Origin: a virus
Direction: 5' to 3' (one strand)
Length of the DNA: 64,000 nucleotides
IMG/VR virus record: IMGVR_UViG_3300030061_003795
Below, one piece after another: positions 48,875 to 57,540 of the stretch. Every line of letters begins with the position of its first letter. Position 1 is the first letter of the stretch. Under the pieces are notes generated by a model. It saw only the letters and a program-made list of their open reading frames with translations. It did not search any database and was not told where the DNA came from. Both the position numbers and the translations under genes were made by a program.

Positions 48875-50171
48875 TATAGGAATAACAAACGTAAATCAAT
48901 CACTGCTAGATTCTAATAGGTTTTCACAAAAAAGAGGCCCTGATAGTACTAATATATTAACTTATAACAAAATTCAATTTTTACATAATCTTCTTCATTT
49001 AACGGGTGAAAAAACATCCCAACCCTTTATAGAAAATGATATTGCAGTTGTTTTTAATGGTGAAATTTATAATTATTTAGAATTAGGAAATTATAAAACC
49101 GATGGAGAATGTTTAATAGATTTATATCAAAAACATGGTGATGAATTTATTAAACTTTTAGACGGAGAATTTGCTATATGTTTAATTGATTTTAATCTAA
49201 ATACAATATTGCTATCAACAGACACATTTGCGTGTAAACCTTTATGGTATGAATTTAAAGATGAAGATTTCTGTATAGGATCTTATAACAGTCAACTTAC
49301 TCAACTAGAATTTAATCAAGGGCAAAAACTATATGCAAATAAAACCAAAGTTTTCAATTTAACAACTTTTGACTTAATAAAAGAATTTGAAAATTTTACA
49401 TTTGATATTATACAACATAAAAATCACTACAACGATTGGATAAAAGCATTTGAGAATAGTATAAAGAAAAGAACACAAAATCTACAGTATGGTGCTTTTT
49501 TGGGATTAAGTTCAGGTTATGATAGTGGAGCAATAGCATGTGAATTAATAAACCAAAATATTCCTTTTAAATCTTACACAATTATAGGCCCTGAAGATAA
49601 ATCAACAATAGAAAGAAGAACAAAGTTAATAAAAGATTACGAAATAATAGAACTTACTAAGGTTGAATATGATCTAAATAAAGAAGAATTAGATAACTGT
49701 TGTGAAAATTTTACATATAAGGGTTATAATATTAAAGGTGATAAAGCTTCCTTTGGATTAGCAGCTATTTGTTCCAGAGCTAATAAAGAAAATAGAAGAA
49801 TATATTTTTCTGGGCAGGGGGCAGATGAAATTATAAGTGATTATGGGTTTAATAGTCATAAAATATATAATCATAGTCAATTTGGGGGTTTATTTCCAAA
49901 TAATTTAAAAGGGTTTTGGCCGTGGGATAGTTTTTGGGATGGCACTCAAATAAAATATTTAAATAAAGAAGAATATATAGCTGGCCATTATGGTATAGAG
50001 ACTAGATATCCTTTTTTAGATAAACAATTAGTCCAAGAATTTTTATGGTTATCACCAGAACTTAAAAATAAAAAATATAAATCAGCAATAAATGAATATC
50101 TTACTCTAAATAAATTCCCCTTTTCCGAGGGTCAAAAAATAGGGTTTAATACACTAAAAAACATAAAATAA
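48867..50171 (+). CDS. Asparagine-synthetase-like glutamine amidotransferase
   Basis: N-terminal Cys2, RGPD, FNGEIYN, LSSGYDS, SGQGADE, RYPFLD. Confidence 0.88.
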   Translation: MCSIGITNVNQSLLDSNRFSQKRGPDSTNILTYNKIQFLHNLLHLTGEKTSQPFIENDIAVVFNGEIYNYLELGNYKTDGECLIDLYQKHGDEFIKLLDGEFAICLIDFNLNTILLSTDTFACKPLWYEFKDEDFCIGSYNSQLTQLEFNQGQKLYANKTKVFNLTTFDLIKEFENFTFDIIQHKNHYNDWIKAFENSIKKRTQNLQYGAFLGLSSGYDSGAIACELINQNIPFKSYTIIGPEDKSTIERRTKLIKDYEIIELTKVEYDLNKEELDNCCENFTYKGYNIKGDKASFGLAAICSRANKENRRIYFSGQGADEIISDYGFNSHKIYNHSQFGGLFPNNLKGFWPWDSFWDGTQIKYLNKEEYIAGHYGIETRYPFLDKQLVQEFLWLSPELKNKKYKSAINEYLTLNKFPFSEGQKIGFNTLKNIK

Positions 50172-50172
50172 C

Positions 50173-51120
50173 ATGAAAACTAAATTTGCAATAGGATGTT
50201 TAATACAGTGGTATGAAGTAGATATCATTGAAGAATATATTGAAACCCTAAAAGAAGCCATAGATGAATATGAGGGTGAAGTCATAGTCGATTTTACTAT
50301 TTGTATGAATCAAGATTTAGAAAAATGTATTAATGAGGAACAATTAAAAATCTGTAGGACTAATATAGGCCTTAAAATAATGGACATTAGGTTCAAAACG
50401 ATCATTACAGATGAATTAGTTACAATAGCAGATTATAGAAGAAAATTTAATGAAAAATATTGTGAGCTAGCTGATGTGTTGATGTGGGGAGAGTCAGATA
50501 TGTTGGTTCCTAAACAAACTTTTAACATATTAAATAATCTACACCAAATGTCACTTCAAAACAACAATCCCAAATATTTATCCTTTTTTGGTACTTGTAA
50601 AATGTGGGATAAAAGTTGGGAGATATTAGAACATCCTGACTTTACAGTTAAACCCCATATTGATAATGATTATGATAATTGGTGGTCATTAAAATATACA
50701 ATGTCTAAAGAGGAAATGAATAAAATTAATGAAAAAACTGAAGATTTAGAGGTATTAATAGCACCACAACATAAATTTAATGGGTGTGGGTTAGTTATTT
50801 CTTCTGAAGTAATTAAATCAGGAGTTAATATACCCCGTTCAGTGTTTTTTGTACATGAAGATACTTCATTTATGTTAATGACTCAAAAGATACTAGGTAA
50901 TATACCCCAATATATAATTAAAAATATTTTACTAGTACATAATAGAAACCACCCAAATAAAAGAATGTATATAGATGGTGAAAGGAAAGATGGTACTATG
51001 AATGAAAAAAGAAGAAGTAATGATTGGTATACTAAAGCAAACAAAATGAGTGAGCAAAATTGTTATAATATATTTAACCCTAGTTATAAATCATTTAAAT
51101 GGGGGGACGTATGGAAGTAG
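50173..51120 (+). CDS. Putative GT-A glycosyltransferase
   Basis: WGESD (DxD-like) and HED motifs; context. Confidence 0.5.
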   Translation: MKTKFAIGCLIQWYEVDIIEEYIETLKEAIDEYEGEVIVDFTICMNQDLEKCINEEQLKICRTNIGLKIMDIRFKTIITDELVTIADYRRKFNEKYCELADVLMWGESDMLVPKQTFNILNNLHQMSLQNNNPKYLSFFGTCKMWDKSWEILEHPDFTVKPHIDNDYDNWWSLKYTMSKEEMNKINEKTEDLEVLIAPQHKFNGCGLVISSEVIKSGVNIPRSVFFVHEDTSFMLMTQKILGNIPQYIIKNILLVHNRNHPNKRMYIDGERKDGTMNEKRRSNDWYTKANKMSEQNCYNIFNPSYKSFKWGDVWK

Positions 51121-52055
51121 CATTTTTCACAGAAGGAGGATACTCAGGAAAACAACCTCGCAACCACCCTAACGCAAGAACTGAAATTGCGTGGATGATT
51201 GCATTAAATGCTAATCACTTCAATATTCATAGCTATATCAACCAATCTGAAAAACAATATGATTTAGGTATTCTTATTCTACCAAAAAAGAATTTAGATA
51301 AGTTAATGGTTGGAGACTTTATGGGTCAAATGAAAAATTTGTGTAAAAAAGTAGCTATAATGCAAGAAGGACCAAACTGGAATTGGCAAGACTATTCAAT
51401 GGAAGAACAAATATGGTACTTTAATACATTATGTAGTGTTGACTTTTTATTTTGCCATAATTATAGTGATCAAAAATATTATGAGGGACTAACAGGCCAA
51501 ACTACGTACGTTATGCCAAGTTTAATGATTGAAGATTCAATCCAAACACTATTAAATTATGAGCAATCTGGGGTAATGATTGGTGGTAATATGACAAGTT
51601 GGTATGGTGGTTTTGATTCTATGATGGTTGCACAGGAGTTTGGAGAAAGAATATATGCACCATCAATGGGGAGAAAAATTGAAAGAGAAGAAGAATTAGA
51701 TATAACTCACTTACCATATATGAATTGGCAACGATGGATTTGTGAGTTAAGAAAAGCTAAGTATGGTGTACACTTAATGAGAACCCATGCGGCGGGTACA
51801 TTTGCATTAAATTGTGCTTATTTAGGCATTCCTTGTATAGGATATGAGGGATTAGACACCCAGGAATCATGTCACCCAGATTTAACAGTTAAAGTAGGGG
51901 ACTTGAAGAAAGCAAGAAAGATTGCAGAAAGGCTTAGGTTAGATGAAGATTTTTACTTATACTGTAGTAATCTTTCAAAAACTAAATATAAAGAACACTT
52001 CTCAGAAGAAGTTTATAAAAGTAAAATTGACAAAATACTAAAAACTGAATTATGA
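51111..52055 (+). CDS. Putative GT-B glycosyltransferase (start likely ATG 51111)
   Basis: AGTFALNCAYLGIPCIG resembles the GT-B C-terminal E.A..G.P motif. Confidence 0.55.
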   Translation: MEVAFFTEGGYSGKQPRNHPNARTEIAWMIALNANHFNIHSYINQSEKQYDLGILILPKKNLDKLMVGDFMGQMKNLCKKVAIMQEGPNWNWQDYSMEEQIWYFNTLCSVDFLFCHNYSDQKYYEGLTGQTTYVMPSLMIEDSIQTLLNYEQSGVMIGGNMTSWYGGFDSMMVAQEFGERIYAPSMGRKIEREEELDITHLPYMNWQRWICELRKAKYGVHLMRTHAAGTFALNCAYLGIPCIGYEGLDTQESCHPDLTVKVGDLKKARKIAERLRLDEDFYLYCSNLSKTKYKEHFSEEVYKSKIDKILKTEL

Positions 52056-52954
52056 AAATACTAGTAACAGGCGGAGCAGGGTTTGTTGGAACAAACCTTA
52101 TAAAAAGACTCCTTAGAGAAGGACACGAAGTCACTTCAATAGACAACTATTCAACTGGATTAAAAACAAATCATCAAGAAGGGTGTCACTATAAAGAAGC
52201 CAACATTTATGACTTTGATTGGAGGGGGGAATTTTATGACATTGTATTTCATATGGCGGCCATAGCTCGAATTCAACCATCTTTTGAAAACCCAATAGAA
52301 TATTTTAATACAAATGCAAATGGTACAATGCAGTTAGCTGAACACTGTGCCAAAAATAACATACCAATAATTTATGCTGGCTCTTCTTCCCACCATTCAG
52401 GTAAATATAAAAACCCATATACTTTTAGTAAAGATATAGGGGAGGAAGTGTTAGAACTTTTTAAAAGATGCTTTAATTTAAGATATTCGATTGCTAGATT
52501 CTATAATGTATATGGCCCATATCAATTAACTGAAGGCGGTTATACAACATTAATCGGTAGATGGATAAATAATATTGAAAAAGGATTACCATGCGAAATA
52601 TACGGTGATGGAGAGCAGCGTAGAGATTTTACACACGTAGATGATATAGTAGATGCGCTTGTTAGAATAATGGAAAAACAACAATATTTTATTGACTCTA
52701 ATATCCAACCTGGTATATTTGAATTGGGTAGGGGTGAAAATATCTCAGTAAACGAAGTAGCTAAAATGTTTGAGATTGAACCAACTTACAAGGATGCTAA
52801 ACCAGGAGAAGCAAGACACACTTTATGTAAGTCCCACGCAGCGCAGAAACTTTTAAATTGGATACCACAAAAAGATTTATTACATTACATACAAACATTT
52901 AAAAATGAAAATAAGCTTTATAATACCAAGCCGGAACAATCTCAAATATCTTGA
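52052..52954 (+). CDS. NAD-dependent epimerase/dehydratase (extended SDR)
   Basis: TGGAGFVG, YTFSK, RFYNVYGP, RDFTHVDD. Confidence 0.92.
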   Translation: MKILVTGGAGFVGTNLIKRLLREGHEVTSIDNYSTGLKTNHQEGCHYKEANIYDFDWRGEFYDIVFHMAAIARIQPSFENPIEYFNTNANGTMQLAEHCAKNNIPIIYAGSSSHHSGKYKNPYTFSKDIGEEVLELFKRCFNLRYSIARFYNVYGPYQLTEGGYTTLIGRWINNIEKGLPCEIYGDGEQRRDFTHVDDIVDALVRIMEKQQYFIDSNIQPGIFELGRGENISVNEVAKMFEIEPTYKDAKPGEARHTLCKSHAAQKLLNWIPQKDLLHYIQTFKNENKLYNTKPEQSQIS

Positions 52955-54116
52955 ATGGGCTTACAACTCAATAAGAAAAAATCAAGGAGAACATGAAGTA
53001 GAAGTATGTGTTGCAGACGATTTTTCTGAGGATGGAACTGATGAATGGTGTGAAAAAACATCCCAATCAGACTCTAATTTCAAATGGATAAGAAACGAAG
53101 GACCTGAGCGTCAAGGATTAGTAATCTTAAATGATAAATTAATCAATGAGGTAGCTACAAATGATATTTGCATGATTTACCATGCAGATATGTACTTGTG
53201 TCCCGGCGCTTTAGATTCAGTTGAAACATATCTTGGAGGGGGTTCTAGAATAGTATCACTCACTAGAATTGAACCACCATTACACCCACCAGGACCAGAA
53301 AAAGTATTGCAAGATTTTGGAATCGAACCTGAGGAATTTAATGAAACTTCTTTATTACAATATATAAAAGAAAGAGTAGAACAATTTGATGAAGTCCCTA
53401 CTACTGAAGGTATATTTGCTCCTTGGGCTTTTTATAAAAAAGACTTTCAACAAATAGGAGGGCACGATACTCTATTTGCTCCCCAAAGTAAAGAAGATAG
53501 TGATATATTTAATCGCTTTCACTTAAATGGAATAAAGTTTATTCAAACGTGGGAAGGATTTGTTTATCATATGACGAGCAGGGGTAGTAGATTCAATCCA
53601 TATTCAGGAGGTGCTCCAGGTCAAAACTCAGAAGAATGGCTACACACTACAACTAAAAATATGAGAAATTTCATTCGTAAGTGGGGGACTCCAGTCAATC
53701 ACGACAAATCTCTTAAACCTATTGTTTCTCCAAAATACAACATTGGATATAGAATTGAAAACTGTAACCCTCAACTACTAGAAGCACTTGAGCCGTGGTG
53801 TGACCATATTTACACAGACCTTGAAGACTTTGTTTTATATCAAATGAAAGAACAACCAAATACCTCATTCGATTTAAATAAAAGACTACATGGTATTACA
53901 GGCAACGATAGATACGATTACGATGACATTTTAGTTGAAATTAATGGTAATATTTTCACACATCAAGACTTCCAAATCCTCCAACAACTACCAGAAATTT
54001 TACAAGACAGTGGAGAAGAAGGTAGTTTTGAACTTGGAAATCTTAAAATAACAATTAGTAGTTTAGAAACATATGAAAAAGAGTTGATTGTGTGTAGTTC
54101 GCAATATGTATTGTAA
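52905..54116 (+). CDS. Glycosyltransferase family 2
   Basis: ISFIIPSRN, DDFSEDGT, HADM, IGGHD..F...EDSD. Confidence 0.88.
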   Translation: MKISFIIPSRNNLKYLEWAYNSIRKNQGEHEVEVCVADDFSEDGTDEWCEKTSQSDSNFKWIRNEGPERQGLVILNDKLINEVATNDICMIYHADMYLCPGALDSVETYLGGGSRIVSLTRIEPPLHPPGPEKVLQDFGIEPEEFNETSLLQYIKERVEQFDEVPTTEGIFAPWAFYKKDFQQIGGHDTLFAPQSKEDSDIFNRFHLNGIKFIQTWEGFVYHMTSRGSRFNPYSGGAPGQNSEEWLHTTTKNMRNFIRKWGTPVNHDKSLKPIVSPKYNIGYRIENCNPQLLEALEPWCDHIYTDLEDFVLYQMKEQPNTSFDLNKRLHGITGNDRYDYDDILVEINGNIFTHQDFQILQQLPEILQDSGEEGSFELGNLKITISSLETYEKELIVCSSQYVL

Positions 54117-54126
54117 ACAGCAATAC

Positions 54127-54363
54127 ATGAAATTTATAAGCGATATTTTCACCGAAGACAAAAGAGACGACAAATTTTCATCCAAAAAAACATTAGGAAT
54201 AATTTCAGGCATACTTGTGTGTTTGGCTTTTTTGGGAGATGGTTTTCATTGGTTTACAGTAAACGAAAGTTTATTTAATTCAATGTTAATATTTTCAGCA
54301 ACTATGTTAGGAGTATCAACCCTTAAAGCATTTGCTAAAGGAGATAAAATAGAAAAAAAATAA
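54127..54363 (+). CDS. Two-TM small membrane protein (holin-like)
   Basis: FSSKK followed by two hydrophobic helices and charged tail; start moved to ATG 54127. Confidence 0.5.
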   Translation: MKFISDIFTEDKRDDKFSSKKTLGIISGILVCLAFLGDGFHWFTVNESLFNSMLIFSATMLGVSTLKAFAKGDKIEKK

Positions 54364-54364
54364 A

Positions 54365-55942
54365 ATGAAAAAATCAGAATTAAGACAAATTATTAGAGAA
54401 GCCATAAACAGTATGGCTGAGCCTACAGGATATTATACAGATCAAGGTCAAAAAACAGCGGAAAATCCTCAAGATATAGAATATTGGTTAAAGCAAATTG
54501 AAGGAATGTCTTTGGGCGATGCTAGAGACTACTTAGGAATTGAAGTTGGATTACCTAGTTCTATGACCCATAAAGTCCTACAACAACACAATACTGATAT
54601 TATAGATACATTTGACGATTTTTCAGATGAAGAAAACCCATTCCCAAGTAGTAGAAAAGGCATAGACCAATTAGACAAAGATGATCTATACGAAAACACT
54701 ATAAAAAAATCAGAATTAAAAAGACTCATCAAAGAATCATATTTAAGAGAAATTAGCTCCACTGAAGCTAATGCTCAATTTATGGAACTGGTAGAATACC
54801 AAAAACAAATTCTAAATATTTTAAAAGAATTAAAAAATGGAGCTGATCTTAATGCCTCAGTCGGAGAAATAAAAAAAGAAGTTAAAAAAACTCTTACTAA
54901 AGTTAAAAACTTAAAACAGATAAAAAGTCTAAAAGAAGGATTTAGAGACCCTGAAGACAATTATGGTTTTGATGAATCTCCAGAATATGAAATTGATGAC
55001 TATGAAATAGGTGATCAAGTAGTAGTAACAAGAGGGAGTTCTAACGATCTAGGTATAGTCACAAAAGTAGATATCCCTAACAACTTAGTTTATGTTAGTT
55101 GGAATCCAAATCGACCATCTGATGAAAGTCAAGCATTTAACCCCGGCGAAGTTGCATTCCCAGGATCTCCAGGTAGGTTAAGAGAAGAAGACGAAGAAGA
55201 CATAGAAGACGACTTTGATTCAGCAGAGCCAGCCGTTGCTCAAGATGGAGAATCTAAAAATCAAGAAAGTGCTCCAAGAAAAAGAATCAACTTCGAAAAC
55301 CGAGAACTAGAAATGTTAGTTGACGTTAACAAAAACGCAACCAAAAAGGGTATCAAAATACAATTCCTATCAGACGATGAACTTTCAAAAGAAGAAAGAA
55401 CCAAACTCGTATCTTCACTACAAACATACTTAGATGAAGGTTTAGCTAAATTCGTAAAAGGAGCCAAACTTAACGTTGATTCAGATCAAGATGTTCCAAA
55501 CAAAACTAAAACAGTAGGTTTTACAATTAAAATTGGAGATGTGTTTGGATTAGTTTCTAAAGTATTTGCTAATAGAGGTGACGATGAAGAAGGTGGGGAA
55601 GAAGTTGAAGCAGAAGAGACTGAAACAGAAGAAACAGAAGAATTACAAGAGTTAAGAAGACAAATAAGAGGATTCCTTAAAGAAGAACAAATGGAAATGT
55701 CTTTTAAAACTTTTGAGGACGTAAAAAATGATATGAGTGAATTTCCAGGATTTCAAGAAATAGTTGGAGGTTTTTCACTCCCAATAGAGGGTATAATGGG
55801 AGATGCATTAGGAGGATCTTACGAATTTACAGAAAATCCTGATCAAACTGTTAAAGTAACAAAGGTCGATGGAGAAGGAAATGAGTTATCATCAAAATCC
55901 CATCCAATTGACATTATTGTTGGATTCTTAGAAAAATATTAA
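54365..55942 (+). CDS. Multi-module MKKS-leader polyprotein-like protein
   Basis: N-terminal leader, internal leader copy at 54701, several LxE junctions, acidic linkers. Confidence 0.7.
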   Translation: MKKSELRQIIREAINSMAEPTGYYTDQGQKTAENPQDIEYWLKQIEGMSLGDARDYLGIEVGLPSSMTHKVLQQHNTDIIDTFDDFSDEENPFPSSRKGIDQLDKDDLYENTIKKSELKRLIKESYLREISSTEANAQFMELVEYQKQILNILKELKNGADLNASVGEIKKEVKKTLTKVKNLKQIKSLKEGFRDPEDNYGFDESPEYEIDDYEIGDQVVVTRGSSNDLGIVTKVDIPNNLVYVSWNPNRPSDESQAFNPGEVAFPGSPGRLREEDEEDIEDDFDSAEPAVAQDGESKNQESAPRKRINFENRELEMLVDVNKNATKKGIKIQFLSDDELSKEERTKLVSSLQTYLDEGLAKFVKGAKLNVDSDQDVPNKTKTVGFTIKIGDVFGLVSKVFANRGDDEEGGEEVEAEETETEETEELQELRRQIRGFLKEEQMEMSFKTFEDVKNDMSEFPGFQEIVGGFSLPIEGIMGDALGGSYEFTENPDQTVKVTKVDGEGNELSSKSHPIDIIVGFLEKY

Positions 55943-55944
55943 AA

Positions 55945-56202
55945 ATGAAAAAATCACAATTAAGACAAATCATCAAAGAGGAAATCACATCCGTTTTACA
56001 TGAAGACAGAAGCCAAATAAAAGGGGCCATGGAAGAAATGTTAGGTGATTTTTTGCAATTTGTTGTAATCGTAGAAGATGGACTAGAAGATAAATACGAT
56101 AATCCCGAGGATCTAGTGCTATTGAAGAAAAAGAAAGAAGCAATGCTCAATGCAATGGATAACTATGTTGAGTTTCTAGTTGCAATTGATGAAAAAACAT
56201 AA
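55945..56202 (+). CDS. MKKS-leader protein
   Basis: MKKSQLRQIIKEEITSVLHE. Confidence 0.7.
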   Translation: MKKSQLRQIIKEEITSVLHEDRSQIKGAMEEMLGDFLQFVVIVEDGLEDKYDNPEDLVLLKKKKEAMLNAMDNYVEFLVAIDEKT

Positions 56203-56205
56203 AAA

Positions 56206-56454
56206 ATGAAAAAATCCGAATTAAGACAAATCATCAAAGAGGAAATTAAAAAAACTATCAAAGAAAAGTTTGATTGGGATGAGCATCTTAACAAAGGAAA
56301 AGAAACCAAAGTTGAGGATTTAAAACAAGAATTTAACCAACTCATCAAAAAACACACCCCTACATTTGATGCAGTTATACCAGGGGATGGAGAATATAAA
56401 ATTGTTGATATTTTAAGGGCAGAACTAGACAAATATGAAAGGGTGCCCTATTAA
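56206..56454 (+). CDS. MKKS-leader protein
   Basis: MKKSELRQIIKEEIKKTIKE. Confidence 0.7.
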   Translation: MKKSELRQIIKEEIKKTIKEKFDWDEHLNKGKETKVEDLKQEFNQLIKKHTPTFDAVIPGDGEYKIVDILRAELDKYERVPY

Positions 56455-56469
56455 TAAATAAAAACCAAA

Positions 56470-56625
56470 ATGGCTAAAAATACCACAGACATAACAGCAG
56501 AAGAATTCGTAACATGGCTTAAAGGCTATCTGGATGGGTTAGATAAATCAAAATTAGACTATCAGACTTGGGATCCAATCCGTGAAAAGTTGGTATGTGT
56601 GATCAAAAAAGAAGACAACTTATAA
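56470..56625 (+). CDS. 51-aa hypothetical protein (absent from ORF track)
   Basis: MAKNTTDITAEEFVTWLKGYLDG... Confidence 0.55.
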   Translation: MAKNTTDITAEEFVTWLKGYLDGLDKSKLDYQTWDPIREKLVCVIKKEDNL

Positions 56626-56652
56626 AAATAACATAAAAAATCCAACATAGAA

Positions 56653-56683
56653 TTTGGATACCATAAAAGTTTTACTTACATTA
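56653..56683 (+). promoter_or_regulatory. Promoter TTTGG-N19-TACATTA
   Basis: Recurrent motif. Confidence 0.7.
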
Positions 56684-56688
56684 ATACT

Positions 56689-56979
56689 ATGTTTATGACA
56701 GAAAGGTTTTCATACAGCGAATTAGTAGCAAAAAATCCTGAAACACAGGATAAATTATACAATTTAACTTTGCACAAAATTAAAGAAAGCATTAAAAGAA
56801 AATCTAAAAAAATTAAATTATTCGAACTTAAAAACGATATTGGAGACAATAGAAGTTATATGGTTGAGTTAAAGTACAACAAATACAAAAGTAACCTTAA
56901 CGCCGCTTTAGAATATTTTAAAACTGTTGAAGACTACGAAAAATGTCAAGAATGCAAAACTTTAATGGACGAACTATGA
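56689..56979 (+). CDS. Protein with C-terminal UvrB/UvrC (UVR)-like motif
   Basis: ALEYF..VEDYEKC. Confidence 0.55.
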   Translation: MFMTERFSYSELVAKNPETQDKLYNLTLHKIKESIKRKSKKIKLFELKNDIGDNRSYMVELKYNKYKSNLNAALEYFKTVEDYEKCQECKTLMDEL

Positions 56980-57125
56980 GATATGGATTATTCCTGAAAA
57001 ATTCAAATGAAGCAATAGCAAAAGTACAAGCAGATGGGGCTGAAGAAGCTTTAATGTTGTTTGCAGAAGCTAAACGATTATCTCCTACAGCTCTCCTAAA
57101 AATTTATAGAATAAAAAAGTTATAA
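56976..57125 (+). CDS. Small hypothetical protein (start ATG 56976)
   Basis: ATGA overlap with upstream stop. Confidence 0.5.
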   Translation: MRYGLFLKNSNEAIAKVQADGAEEALMLFAEAKRLSPTALLKIYRIKKL

Positions 57126-57127
57126 AG

Positions 57128-57538
57128 ATGGAAGATGAAAACCACATGAGGATGAACTTAAGAGAGCTCTTAGGTTCGGATATAATTCTGAGAAAAAAAA
57201 GATTAACTAAACAATCTAAATCCAAACAAATATTCTGTGAAGTACTAAACGACATTAAATTATTAATGGAGCGTAGTTATTGTCTAGAACACGATTATGG
57301 TATATCACTTGAAGGTTGGGATGAAAAGTTTTTATATGTTGTAGATGGGTTATTAAATTTAAAATTTGAAAAACCACAACGTGATTTAATTAATTGGTGG
57401 TTATTTGATAAACACACTTCAACAGGGGAAGTCCAAGAACTCACAGACATGGATTCAGGAGCAGAAATACCAAGCGACACTGCTGCAGATATTTGGGAGC
57501 TAATTTCATCAATTAAAAAATTAGATAAGCCAAAGTAG
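57128..57538 (+). CDS. Hypothetical protein
   Basis: 136-aa ORF. Confidence 0.6.
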   Translation: MEDENHMRMNLRELLGSDIILRKKRLTKQSKSKQIFCEVLNDIKLLMERSYCLEHDYGISLEGWDEKFLYVVDGLLNLKFEKPQRDLINWWLFDKHTSTGEVQELTDMDSGAEIPSDTAADIWELISSIKKLDKPK

Positions 57539-57540
57539 TA

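Noticed and set aside
28006-54116. Bacterial chromosome origin (groEL, que genes, LPS-like cluster)
   Set aside because: Interleaved with gp32/gp44/gp45/gp62-like, PolB and baseplate genes on one strand; no ribosomal, transport or polysaccharide export genes.
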